A stretch of DNA of 62,627 nt, the filler included, from Nemertoderma westbladi (lineage: Eukaryota; Animalia; Xenacoelomorpha), in assembly GCA_032718475.1 (NCBI GenBank). It is 3 parts of 3 records of this genome, joined end to end, with 100 filler letters (N's around TTAATTAATTAA, not from the genome) between each part and the next. Parts side by side here need not be neighbours in the genome. Positions count along the whole stretch, not along the records: positions 43,861 to 62,627 come from JAUCBJ010006565.1; 2 more parts are not named here. One strand, given 5' to 3'. Position 1 is the stretch's first letter, and each line of letters starts with the position of its first letter. Of the stretch, positions 50,414 through 62,627 are shown piece by piece. Under the pieces are notes generated by a model, which saw only the letters and a list, made by a program, of their open reading frames with translations, was not told where the DNA came from and did not search any database. The position numbers and the translations under genes are program-made.

Positions 50414-51211
50414 TTATGTGAATTGAAAGTCTTGCAGAGAATCCCAGGCGAGATAGTAAGGGGAAAAAGGAGTTGGTTGGGTGGGATTCCATAAATCACA
50501 AGTTAATATATTAACTGGACTGGTTGACTGCTCTACTACTTTGGGTCTAACAACAATGGGAGTCGTTGATTGGTTGACCTGGTCGTTCCTGACCATCTCA
50601 CTTGGTGGAACCATTGCTGGTATAGGTATCTCACAACGGTTCTTTTTCGCTGGCGATTTCAAGGAAACCAACTTCGGTTCGTCTTTCCCTTCTAGGAGGT
50701 CGCTCATAAATGATATATAAATGACGGCGAGTTTAAGTGTTTGAATGCGGCTGATGGATTTCTCGTGATGGAAAATGGGAACTTTAGTTCTGAGTTGATC
50801 GAATGCCTCATTCAAACTGAACATTCGTTTCTTTTCCCGGAGATTAGCGGCTGTTCGTTGTATTGGGGTTGTAACGCGGCGACGTTTCCTTTTCGTTGTT
50901 ATTGGGAAGTTGGAGGGAAGAACCGGAGGCGGGAAAGACATTAACGACGGGTCTCGGAAACAGGTATACCCGTAGCTAGGGTAACCAGGTGGTGGAATCA
51001 TTGAGTCACTGCAGGAAGACCATGGTTGCTGATAGGCGCCGATCGGTCCACAAATGTTGTTATTATGATTTACCATTGCCGAGTTACCCACATTCACGTT
51101 ATTTTCATCCATAGTTGCAGTGGTGTTATATGTATATTGGAAGTTGCTGTTGTTTACAGAGTTGTATATAAATTCGTGGTTTGCAATAAACTCTTCCTTG
51201 GTATTATGCAT
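50414..51211 (-). CDS. FERD3L: bHLH transcription factor, Fer3/Nato3 (PTFb family), intronless, 265 aa
   Basis: [67 protein letters not shown] closely follows the FERD3L bHLH. The first ATG is at 51211; the track start at 51295 is a TTG. Confidence 0.88.
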   Translation of the reverse strand: MHNTKEEFIANHEFIYNSVNNSNFQYTYNTTATMDENNVNVGNSAMVNHNNNICGPIGAYQQPWSSCSDSMIPPPGYPSYGYTCFRDPSLMSFPPPVLPSNFPITTKRKRRRVTTPIQRTAANLREKKRMFSLNEAFDQLRTKVPIFHHEKSISRIQTLKLAVIYISFMSDLLEGKDEPKLVSLKSPAKKNRCEIPIPAMVPPSEMVRNDQVNQSTTPIVVRPKVVEQSTSPVNILTCDLWNPTQPTPFSPYYLAWDSLQDFQFT

Positions 51212-51322
51212 TATAACAAATGAATGAATTAGTACTCCAATTTGTAAGAAAACTTTAGTTAACAATAAAATATTTAAAGAGTATAATACAGACAAGATTT
51301 TATACTTCTGAGAATAACGTTG

Positions 51323-51381
51323 CTTTTATACAATTTATTGAGGGCCGGTTTCGAAGCTCTGGAGCCAAACAACTTCATTGG
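51323..51381 (-). promoter_or_regulatory. Fer3 core promoter (TATA and CCAAT boxes)
   Basis: Minus-strand TATAAAAG at 51330-51323, 112 bp upstream of the ATG; CCAAT at 51381-51377. Confidence 0.6.
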
Positions 51382-51894
51382 ACGTGGACGTCCCCATCTA
51401 TGTTAGGCATTTAGTTTGAGTCACCCATATATATAATACCATATAGAGCTTCTCTCATTGGCTATTTTAGTTACTGTGATAGCAAGTAGCCTACTGTTAT
51501 GTTGAAGTCCCTTGATGTTGACAAGAACATATTTGGTGCTAAATAATTTAATTTGGAAAGTGTTTTATATTTAGCATTTAGGGCCATAAATAATCCCAGT
51601 TTGTTATTTCTTAACAGCTGCATAGCAACATCACATAAAATGGCATGCATCCATACTCACTACTGATTCTGTGCGGACATACCCTTTATTGATATCGGGT
51701 ACAACATGATTACAATAATTGATATTGGATTTAATCTAGACTCGCTTATCACATTAAGACATAATATTATTCATTACATAATAAACTACATTATAATAAT
51801 ATGCATAAAACCTATCTCTTTTAAATTCGCATCCCCTACAACTGCATCCCAGATCCTAATTCCTGATGATGTACTTGTTGAACTGACGATGTTG

Positions 51895-53176
51895 TTGGCT
51901 GTTATCTTTGTTGACTTCTTCAAGGCCTTTGATTCAGTCCCTCGCTCACGTATATTCAGCTTACTTTCATTATTTGGGATTCCTGATGAAATTATTGCAG
52001 CAATCGGATCAGTATATGATGGTTCGACGACATTTGTGACTACTGGTAACGGTGATACAGAACCATTCGAAGTGATGTGGTGAGTCCTCCAGATAGACAC
52101 ACTTGCGCCATTCTTGTTCATAATTGTGGTTCACTATGTTCTACGCAGGTCCTTAGATCATCATAATGATAATGGGGTGATGATAACTCCACCTACTGGC
52201 TCCAGAAGTCGAGGAAATCCTGCCAACTACCTAACTGATCGAGACTTTGCTGATGACTTAGGAGTACTCTCAGATTCTCTAGAAGGAGCCCAACGGCTTT
52301 TCAGCTCATTAGAACAGGCTGCCTATAATGTTGGTCTTTTTGTTCACTCCTAAAGGACCAAAATGTTCACAGTTAACTTTGAAAGTACTCAGCAAGTCTC
52401 TGACAGGGATGGGCATAAGCCCAAAGGATGGTATGCTTGAGCATGTGGATGACTTCAGTTACCTGGGACCATGGCATGGATCCGGAAGACAGGTGTGGAC
52501 CTTAACATACGTAAGGGAAAGGCATGGGCAGCATCAAATGGGCTTTCAAAGTCCTGAATGGGCAGGAATTTGAAGTCACATAGAATTCATCGGAAACATA
52601 AGGTCGGATTATTTAGCGCAGTATTAATTCTTGTACTCCTCTATGGGAGTCCATGCTGGGCTCTAACTACTGAGGACACCAAATCACTGGATGACACATT
52701 CTCAAGAATGCTACGCCGGGTTCATTGTGTCAAGTACAATGCACACATTTCCAACCAGACACTATATAACATTGGATGTGTCTCATTGGTTTCCCCATGC
52801 TTGACACTAGAACAAAGCCGCATCCGCTTTGCAGGTCATATGTAGTTTTCGTCAAGAGGACCAGCCTGTGCACAACTTGTGCTTTGACAGCCCCATGGAC
52901 AAAATAAGCATGGTGGACAGCCCGTGACTTTCGTGAGACGCCTCCTAAAGGACACTGGCCTTAAAGATGCGGATAATCTTGCTAAAACTCATGGGGGATG
53001 GATAGGGAGTTGTGGCGGTGCTACTTTATTGATAAGCCGGCATAGCATTTTTAATGCACGCTGCATTGGGCTTGCTAAGTGTGGATTGCATGGTGTTAAC
53101 AAAATATTTTTTTGTTAAGCTGACATAGCATCTCAATGTGCAGTTTCAATGCAGCAGTCCGTTTATAGTAGTAGTA
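51895..53176 (+). mobile_element. 5'-truncated, degenerate RTE-clade LINE
   Basis: IFVDFFKAFDSV, DTLAPFLF, DFADDL, FSYLG, VLLYGS, RIRFAGH, (TAG)n tail. Absent at the homologous site near 58505. Confidence 0.9.
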
Positions 53177-54179
53177 CCATTGCTCCGGGCCGCGACCGCC
53201 TAGATTCCAATAGATATGTTTGTTTTTATATATTGGATTTTATTTTCAGGAGGGCTCAACTAAATGCCGATTCCACTGGAGCTCCCAGCTGGAGCTACTA
53301 AACGCTTGTGGGCGTGTCTCTTGGACAGCTTCTTCTACCGTAGCGCTTTCTGTGATTAAACGCGAATACATCTGTTTATGTATATAATACTTGGGTGGTG
53401 GGTCCTTCTTGTTTATGAAATGTCACACAAAATAGATAACTCGTAAAGAAAGTTCCCACCAAGTGGAGCAAAATTGATTACATAATTGCCCCATATCAAC
53501 CCACTTAGCTAGTGATGGCCCCTTGTAGTAGAATAGCTATAAACTAGTCATAAAACAGGAAACCCTTTTACTGGCTCCGACTTCTGATCCACTTAACTCG
53601 TGCAATGAAGATGATTGTTGGGACCTTATCATGCGAATTATCATTGGACCGTGTCCTGGAGAATGTCTCATCCGATATGTACCGAAACCATCTCGAAAAG
53701 TCATCGCATATATTGAGTTAGTTTTATATTTAAATACCGGACCGGACTCCTAGGCTTACATGAATTTAATTAATGAATAGTTAATTAATAATTAATGAAT
53801 TAATTTATGAATACACATAAGTTAGTTTGGAGATTTATCATGTCCTTTTCCTAAGCAAAGGTTTGTATAAAACAATATTTTTAGGTGGAGTGGTTCGTGA
53901 TCCTTAATTAAACGTCTTAGCAATACCGTGTGGATTGGAAACTCAGTAATGATAACTGTATATTATTTCATTGATAGTATTATATTAATAATTGCACGAA
54001 ATGGTATCGGTATTATAATAATGGTATTTATATTTTAATGAGAGCACAGCTAGGCAATAAGACTGATAGTGGATCATAGCATGTTATTATTAAAAGTAAA
54101 TGAAGACTCCTAGCGAGAAAAGTATGCTGTCTGAAAAAAATGATGTGGATTTACTCTTGTATTCCACAAAATTTGGACC

Positions 54180-54760
54180 TAACTCGTTGCAACGTAATAC
54201 TCAGACCCGTCTGAAGTTCCCCGTCTGCCGCTAGAGGTTGAATTGTCTGCTAGTGAATATCTGATCTCGTTTGATTATTTTTAATCCTTTTAAGCTGAAA
54301 CTTGGCAGGTATCTACCACAGGATTACAGCATAGACTGTATCTTTTCTGGGTCGCAGAGTGAGTCGTCTACAGTTCTTCAGTCTACCGCTAGAGGTTGAA
54401 ATGTATGAATGTGAACATCTACAGCAATTTTGTTATTTACAATCTGTTTAAGCTGAAACTTGACAAAGGCATCTTACTTCACCATAAACACCATCTTTAC
54501 AGAACTGCAGCGCCGTCTGCATTTCACCAGTCCGCAGGTAGAGGTTAAAATGTCTGAAAGTGAACATTTTCTGAAAATTTTGTTATTTACAATCTGCTAA
54601 AGTTGAAACTTGACAGTTATCTCTTATGGGTGCGGTGTTTTATTTAATGATGGTGTCTGTTCCGTATTCAGTTCTCCAATCTCCCACACATATTCATATA
54701 TCATCTGCACGTGCACTAGAAAGCTGTGGCCCGAAGGGCCACAGGCAGCTTTCTAGTGCA
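54180..54760. mobile_element. HINE/Helitron-like insertion with reversed CCGCTAGAGG units and a terminal CTAG palindrome
   Basis: Units near 54228, 54386 and 54535. Palindrome TGCACTAGAAAGCTGTGGCCCGAAGGGCCACAGGCAGCTTTCTAGTGCA at 54712-54760. Absent from the duplicate copy. Confidence 0.6.
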
Positions 54761-56519
54761 GTTAATAAAATTGGGTCTAAGAACAACTGCGTTTTCATTA
54801 AATTTCAACTGTAGTTGATGTACTTGTTTGGTATCTCTTAGTTATTTAAATCCCGTTATACAGTATTATGTTGTCTAATACGGTTTAAGTCGTTTATGTT
54901 GTCGGCTATTTCTACACCAGTGATTATAATGTCGTGTGAATTTTACGACCCCATGTTGAACTGATGGGCTTTCATGTCTTTGTGTCTATTGATTAAGACG
55001 CACTTCCCCTCGGGCTATTGAGGTGCCTTGTGAGAAGTACAGGTTGGCCTGTTGGAGACCAGATGCAGCCTGAACGTAGTAAACTCATCAAACATCAGCA
55101 TTGTCTGTTGATGTGGGGCCAAACGGTACAGACAGATTGCCTACCAAACAGATACCATTACTACCAACATTTCAGACTTATTCTATCTCTCTCAACCAAC
55201 TCATAGCTTAATATATTCGGTATCCTATGCATTGATTTTGGTTACAATAGGAAAGATAATTTTAAAGAAAATAAAATGGTTGACATCTTCTATTCTATAC
55301 AAATAGGTTCCATCTGTCGGATATGATACAAATAATTATATGAAATAGTCCAAGAAAATAATATACTGATGAGGCGTGATAAATGATCTTAGTAGGCCTA
55401 CTTAGCCGCTGATAAACCCAAGAAATCCCTTAGACTTTTATCGCATCAGATAGCCTTATAAAGTGTAATGACCCATACGCTGATACATAGAGTCTTGAGT
55501 TGGATGACTATTGTAACTATTGTAGCAATCCAGATTACCAAATCGTCATAACGGCGTTACAAGAACTATATGAATTGGTCCTACAGAAGTCACGGCCTAA
55601 AGATTAATTTCTTCAACGGGGTTTCATCCCATTACTAACGGGGCACCAAACAGGACATTGTGACGCCTTGAGTTAGCATTTAAAATACATTCAGAGAGAA
55701 GCCTTGACGTGGTCGGCGGTATCATGCGATCGTATAAATCCATATTTGTATTGGATCTCGCCCAACGTTGATCAATATATATATTATATATACGTTCGTG
55801 GAGCCTTCGCGCAGGTTAGTCCCTAGATAACAGTAGGACATGTGTGGGGTGAGCCAAGCAGTCAGGGCGAGCCTTAGCTCACAATTATAATTAGTAAATA
55901 GGGGGAAATTTCATGTCCGCCTGTCTGTCTGTCCGTCTGTCTGTCCGTGTGTAATGAAAAATTCATTCGTAAATAACTTTTGGAGATTGTAACCATTTCC
56001 AACTAAATTCTGTATGGGCATACTAGAGAAAAAGTTCCAATATTTATGAAAGTTACGGGCAAATACATCTCGAAATTTTGGCTCCAGATCAAATCGAACT
56101 TGTTTCGAACTTGCTCAAGTTCGCGTGCTGCACGACGCACCACGGACCATCATATAGAACGAAAAAGTCCAAGCAAGTATTGTAAAAAAAAAAACGGCCA
56201 AGACATGGTCAGATTTTTTAAAAATGTTACGTACCAAGTGATACACCGACCTCAAAAACCCCCACAAGAATTAAAATTGGCGTAATTAGAAATATATCTG
56301 GATTTATAAATTTTGTTATGATATCAAAAGTGCAAGTTGTGATAAAAAACAGTCAAGTATTGGCCAGATTTTTTAAAAAGTGCTACCATCGGATTCTCCG
56401 ACCTAAAATTTACAAATATGGGATTTTGAAATTTTGTTATGATACAAAGCGTCCAAGTAGTGAAAAATGCCCAATATCTCGAAAACTAAAGGTTGATATT
56501 GCGTAAAGATATTGCGTAA

Positions 56520-56951
56520 GGGCTCTAACAGCTGAGGACACCAAATCTCTGAATGACACATTCTCAAGAATGCTACGCCGGGTTCTTTGTGTCAAGTACA
56601 ATGCACACATCTCTAACCAAACACTATATCACATTGGAGGTGTCTCATTGGTTCCCCCAAGCTTGACACTAGAACAAAGTCGCCTCCGCTTTGCAGGACA
56701 TTGCCTTCGCCGTGAGTACCAGCCAGTGCATAATCTTGTACTTTGGCAGCCTGATGGAGTGAATAAGCATGGTGGACAGGCTATGACTTTCTTGAGACGC
56801 ATCTTAAAGGACACTGGCCTTGAAGATGCGGATGATCTAGCAAATGTCATGGGTGATAGGGAGTTGTGGCGGCGGAATTTTGTCGACAAGCCGGCACAGC
56901 ATTCTTAAAAATGCAGCTGCAATGCAGCATGCCGATCCTAGTAGTAGTAGT
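56520..56951 (+). mobile_element. RTE 3' fragment of the same family as 52658-53176
   Basis: MLRRVLCVKYNAHISNQTLY..RLRFAGHCLRR..LVLWQP..DRELWR and a (TAG)n tail. Confidence 0.88.
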
Positions 56952-56974
56952 CGTTTTTCTAACACAAACTGCTT

Positions 56975-59900
56975 AAACCCTGGTTCGTTAACTGGTTGGA
57001 TATAAACGGCCAAACTTGACATTAATTAATATTTAAGAGACATGTCTTTGCTGGGATACCCCCATAGTATTAAATTGAAGGGGTTGCTTGTTACTATTGT
57101 CTCGTCACAAAAGCCACCAACCCCGGGACCCATGATTAAGTAGTTACTGCCCGCCGTTGTAGTAGGCGTGTATATCTACCGTGCTAACCGGTCATACATG
57201 AACAGAAGCAGAATGATTGGTTCAGAACGCCGTTCCTTGTACGTCACTGTAACAAGAAATCGTTGTTGTTCCCAGGAAAGTCCTTCTTCTCTTACAATCT
57301 CCGATCATATTGTTCCGTCAATTACTTTGCATTCAACCACGGCAGTGGTGATGGTGATGGTTTTGGTATAAACTAAAATACTGAACCAACTGAAACCACC
57401 AATAATCCACTGAAACCACCTGGAACCAGCTGAAACCACCTAAAACCAGCAGTAAACCACCTGAAACCATTTGTGGAAACCAATAATATTGGTTTCTAGG
57501 GGAACTCAGATCTCGGGTGAGAACCAAGGGTGCTACCTCTTAGATCCTAGACACGAACTCAGATCATGGGTGCGAATTTAGATCCTAGACGTGGACTTGA
57601 GGACATCATTCTGGACATACAATAATATATCAGGTATTTCCAAGTCTAATTTTTGTCTAAGCCGCTAGTGGAGTTAGAGCGTCAGACTTCCATCGTGGAG
57701 GTCAGCGGTTCGAACCCACCTGAAGTCATTGCCGAATTTGCAAAGCTGAGCCCTCCAAAAATTACAACAACTAATGGGGACTTCATAGTGAAAGGTTTTA
57801 CCACTCAGTTATATGTTGCATATCACTGAATAGTTCACATTCAGCAGTGCACCAGTGGTCCAGTAGTACACCAAAGTGGTGTAACGTTCTATTGAGTATG
57901 AAAATACATCGTTGAAAAAGGCGGAGAATGAAATACTAATTGATTCATATATTTGAAATACCAAGTACAATATGGCGTGACTTTAGTCTCCACCGACACA
58001 TTTAGCTCCAATAGGTGATAGAATTGAGAGTTTAAGACGCCATTAAGTTGGGGCCGATTGCCGATTTAATCAAGTCCTAAGGCTATAAATTAATCACTAT
58101 CAACCGATTTTGATGCTTTTTGAACTCAGATACCGTTTGTGGTTAATATAAAATATCGTATAACAACCGCAATTGGAATCTGTTTTAATATTACGTTAGG
58201 GCCATATATTATCTCAGGTTGTTCTTTCTTAACAGCTGCATAGCAACATCATATACAATGGAATGCATCCATAATCGTTACTGATCCATACATTGTTCTT
58301 GATCTCGGAATCGGGTACAACATGAATTAATTTTTTAGTGCATTTAATCTAGACTATTACTAGATAATAAACTGATTATAATATTAGGCGCACAAACTAT
58401 TTCTATTACACCAAGCAAGACATGACACCGTTTGCATCTCCCGACAACTGCATCCCAGTTCCTAATTCATGACGATGGACTTGTACAACTGCATGTTGTT
58501 AGCTGTATTACCATCGCTCAGGGCCGAGACGATCTAGATTCCAGTAGATATGTTTGTTTTTATACTCATTGGATGTTATTTTCAGGGGTCAACTTATCGC
58601 CGATTCATGGGTGCTAAACCAGAGCTACCATTGGCGCCGCCAAAGGCACGGGAGCCGTGCCATGGTGTGGTTCTTCTTGGACCGTTTCTTGTACCGTAGC
58701 GCTTTGTGTGACTAAACGCGAATCGTAGTTGTTTATGTTTAATACGTCCTTCTTGTTTACGAAAATGTCACACAAAATAGATAAACTCGTAAAGAAAGTT
58801 CCCACCAAGTGGAGCAAAATTGATTACATAATTACACCATATCAACCCACTTAGTTAGTGATGGCCTCTTGTAGTAGAATAGCTATAAACTAGTCATAAA
58901 ACAGGAAACCCTTTTACTGGCTCCGACTTCTGATCCACTTATCTCATGTAATGAAGACGATTGTTGGGACCTTATCATGCGAATTATCATTGGACCGTGT
59001 CCTGGCGAATGTCTCATCCGATATGTACCGAAACCATCATGAGCAGTCATCGCATATATTGAGTTAGTTTTACATTTAGATACCGGACCGGTACTACTAG
59101 GCCTACATGAATTTAATTTATGAATAAACATAAGTTAGTTTGGAGATTTATCATGTACTTTTCCTAAGCAAAGGTTTGCACAAAAATATTTTTTAGGTGG
59201 AGTGGTTCGTGATCCTTAATCAAACGTATTAACAATAGCATGTGGATTGGAATGATTGACCGAGTGAATGCAATACAGCGTGAATGATTACAAAGCTAGG
59301 CAATAACACTGTTAGTGGAGCATGTTATTAATTATAAGCAAATGAAGACTCCTAGCGAGAAAAGTCTGAAAAAAATGATGTGGATTTACTCTGGTATTCC
59401 ACAAAATTTGAGAATGACGAATTTATATTTACAATTATTTCGTCGCCAAGTTACAACCATTTGGTGATAAATTTCAACAGTAGTTGATGTACTTGTTTGG
59501 TATCTCTTAGTTATCCCGTTATATTATGTTGTCTAATACGGTTTAAGTCGTTTATGTTGTCGGCTATTTCTACACCAGTGATTATAATGTCGTGTGAATT
59601 TTACGACCCCATGTTGAACTGATGGGCTTTCATGTCTTTGTGTCTATTGATTAAGACGCACTTCCTCTCGGGCTATTGAGGTGCCTTGTGAGAAGTACAG
59701 GTTGGCCAGTTGGAGACCAGATGCAGCCTGAATGTAGTAAACTCATCAAATATCAGCATTGTCTGTTGATGTGGGGCCAAACGGTACAGACAGATTCAAA
59801 CAGATACCAATACTACCAACTATGTCAGACTTTCTGTTTCTCTCTCAACCAACCTATAGCTTAATATATTCGGTATCCTATGCATTGATTTGGATTACAA

Positions 59901-61450
59901 TAGGTTAAGATAATTTTAAAGAAAATAAAATGGTTCACATCTTCTATTCCATAGAAATAGGTTCCATCTGTCGGACATGAAACAAATAATTATATGAAAT
60001 AGTCCAAGAAAATAACATACTGATGAGGCGTGATAAATGATCTTAGTAGGCCTACTTAGCCGCTGATAAATCCAAGAAATCCCGTAGACTTTTATCGCAT
60101 CAGATAGCCTTATAAAGTGTAATGACCCATACGCTGATACATAGAGTCTTGAGTTGGATGACTATTGTAACTATTGTAGCAATCCAGATTACCAAATCGT
60201 CATAACGGCGTTACAAGAACTATATGAATTGGTCCTATAGAAGTCACGGCCTAAAGATTAATTTCTTCAAGGGGGTTTCATCCCATTACTAACGGGACAC
60301 CAAACAGGACATTGTGACGCCTTGAGTTTACTTAAAAAAAACAGTCAGGCAGAAATCTTTTTGTGGTCGGTGGTTAAAATTCGATCGTATAAATCCCTAT
60401 TTGTATTGGATCTCGCCCCACGTTTATCAATATATATATATACGTTAGTGGAGCCTTCGCGCAAGTTAGTCCATAGATAACAGTAGGACATGTGGGGCGA
60501 GCCAAGCAGTAAGGGCGAGCCTTAGCTCACAATTATAATTATTAAATAGGGGGAAATTTCATGTCCGTTACTAACGGGGCACCAAACAGGACATTGTGAC
60601 GCCTTGAGTTTACTTAAAAAAAACAGTCAGGCAGAATTCTTTTTGTGGTCGGTGGTTAAAATTCGATCGTATAAATCCCTATTTGTATTGGATCTCGCCC
60701 AACGTTGATCAATATATATATATACGTTCGTGGAGCCTTCGCGCAGGTTAGTCCCTAGATAAGAGTAGGACATCTGGGGCGAGCTATAGCTCACAATTAT
60801 AATTAGTAAATAGGGGGAAATTTCATGTCCGTCTGTCTGTCTGTCCGTCTGTCTGTCCGTGTGTAATGAAAAATTCATTCGTAAATAACTTTTGGAGATT
60901 GTAACCATTTTCAACTAAATTTTGTATGGGCATACTAGAGAAAAAGTTCCAATATTTATGAAAGTTACGGGCAAATACCTCTCGAACTTTTGGCTCCAGA
61001 TCAAATTGAACTTGTTTCGAACTTTCTCAAGTTCGCGTGTTCCGCGACGCCCCACGGACCATAGAACGGAATCCATAATCCAGAATATCCATAATATAGA
61101 ACGAAAAAGTGCAAGTATTGTAAAAAAAACAGCCAAGACATTGTCAGATTTTTTTAAATGTTACGTACCAAGTGATACACCGACCTCAAATACCCCACAA
61201 GAACTAAAATTGGCGTAATTAGAAAAATATCTGGATTTTGAAATTGTGTTGTGGAATCCAAAGTGCAAGTTGTGATAAAAAACAGTCAAGTATTGGCCAG
61301 ATTTTTTAAAAAAGTGGTTCCATCGGATTCTCCGACCTAAAATAGACAAATATGGGATTTTTAAATTTTGTTATGATACAAAGCGTGCAAGTAGTGAAAA
61401 ATGCCCAATATCTCGAAACCTAAAGTTGATATTGCGAAACCGCGTAAAGA
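56975..61450 (+). repeat. Local segmental duplication, copy 2 (no Fer3 gene), with an internal ~280-bp re-duplication at 60286-60830
   Basis: See the copy 1 blocks; the spurious ORFs MYIYRANRSY and MRCLVRSTGW occur in both copies. Confidence 0.88.
57655..57830 (+). mobile_element. tRNA-derived SINE-like sequence
   Basis: CTAGTGGAGTTAGAGCG (A-box/D-arm-like), TCAGACTTCCATC loop, B box GGTTCGAACCC; no valid acceptor stem. Confidence 0.55.
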
Positions 61451-61629
61451 TTTGAAATTTCCAAAAAATTTTTATCTTAATGTAACAAAAAAAATATGCT
61501 TTAAAATCCGAAAAGTGAAATACTGGTATTCTTCACATGGGCGAAAAATAGCAGAATAGCTACCCCTCCCTAAAGTATCGAATTAATCGAAAACATTTTG
61601 TTTAAATTTGAATTTAATTTTGATATTGT

Positions 61630-61794
61630 AAGGAGCCTGCGCGAACGCAAGCTCCAGCTAACACAAATTTAGCACCCGAGTTTCCTCGATTTGAGAAAAT
61701 CGCAGGGGTCAACCCAAGCGGAGTGCAATGCAAGGGCCTCACCCTGGGGGAACCGCATTCTTGATCGTGGTTAACCCCTGTGCCAGGTAAGTAT
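61630..61794 (-). ncRNA. U1: U1 spliceosomal snRNA, about 165 nt
   Basis: Reverse complement reads ATACTTACCTGG at the 5' end, SL1 loop GATCAAGAAT, U1A loop ATTGCACTCC, Sm site AATTTGTG, and SL4 GGAGCTTGCGTTCGCGCAGGCTCC. Confidence 0.95.
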
Positions 61795-62627
61795 GCAAGT
61801 TGGTGTGGGCTCTCATTTACATAGCAGTTTAATATATAAAATCGTAATAAGTTTGAGACGAAATGTTATTTTTGCAGCCACCAATACAAAATAGCCATAT
61901 ACCCTGTATGTTATTAGCAATTAAGATATAATTATATTAATCAATTTTAATAATATTATATAAATCTCGTCTTAGAGCAACTTTATGTAGAATACTTCAT
62001 CATACTTGTGCATAACATAAGATGTAATATAATACGTAAATAAAGCTTTCCGGGTTCTATCAATATCAATAATATTATTTAGTTACACCAATATAGTAAT
62101 ATAGTAGTTATGGTATTCACAAATTGTAAATTTCCGCATCGAGACAGGAACAGAAAAGCGCTGCGGTGCATCCTTATCACTGGGTGTAGGCCTACCTACA
62201 GTGTAGCAAAGGGGGTGTATGTTATGTAAATATTCCTCTTTCAAGGAGAAACTTACTTTCTAGCCTATAATAGTGTAGTACGAGTTAACGAGTTATTAAC
62301 TATTCGTATTATGTTTAGAAGAATTTACGAAGTACTACATAAACTCTCTCCGTGACTGTCAATGCGACACGATTCGGATATTCCGAACTGACTGACCATT
62401 GTCTTGTTGAGTACATAACTAAACTCAGTTACAGCATTCTCCGTATGATTGGTTTGTCTAGAAAGAACCCGAATGTGGAGGAAACATTCACTGTTATGTT
62501 CACCAACAGTTATGACGCAACTGATCAATGAAGAAATGGATCACTGTGAGATATAAACAGTTTATGAATGCTGTGAGTGATGCAGCCAATGGCTAATGTC
62601 CCTTTTTGTCCATTTCCCAAAGGAAAA

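Larger units (their letters stand above)
48770..56515 (+). repeat. Local segmental duplication, copy 1 (contains the Fer3 gene)
   Basis: Collinear blocks: 49027-49315 with 57076-57364, 51580-51900 with 58197-58505, 53168-54175 with 58507-59410, 54798-56515 with 59468-61450. Confidence 0.88.

Noticed and set aside
51212-51295. 28-aa hydrophobic N-terminal extension of Fer3
   Set aside because: It starts at a TTG and lies just downstream of the TATA box, so it is most likely 5' UTR.
57655-57730. Functional tRNA gene (also 16205-16284 and 42203-42276)
   Set aside because: Acceptor or anticodon stems do not pair properly; treated as SINE heads or pseudogenes.
62325-62545. Possible terminal exon on the minus strand
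   Set aside because: An acceptor-like CTCACAG is present, but there is no identifiable domain and the rest would lie outside the window.

Overview
AT-rich, repeat-dominated eukaryotic (invertebrate animal) scaffold with two 100-bp gap spacers; no prokaryotic genes and no CRISPR array. Host-type genes: an intronless Fer3/Nato3 (FERD3L, PTFb-class) bHLH gene on the minus strand with TATA and CCAAT boxes, an intronless and very divergent Rab20-like GTPase, a frameshifted C2H2 zinc-finger gene plus a second fragment, and a full-length U1 snRNA gene. The rest is largely mobile DNA: a near-complete Ty3/Gypsy LTR element with a -1 slippery site and pseudoknot, RTE, RTEX, Crack/L2 and Gypsy relics, an internally deleted THAP/P-like transposase, Sola2-like and EnSpm-like non-autonomous elements with target-site duplications (TSDs), HINE/Helitron-like elements, tRNA-derived heads, and minisatellites of 21, 30, 41, 63 and about 146 bp. 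The flanks of the Fer3 locus are tandemly duplicated, and the second copy lacks the gene. I did not find a clearly new multi-gene system. The best leads are the Rab20-like protein lacking the DxxG aspartate and C-terminal cysteines, the indel-free 30-bp higher-order repeat ORF, and a Ptf1a-like WxP motif in Fer3. All family calls come from motif recognition by eye, not database searches, and repeat boundaries are approximate.
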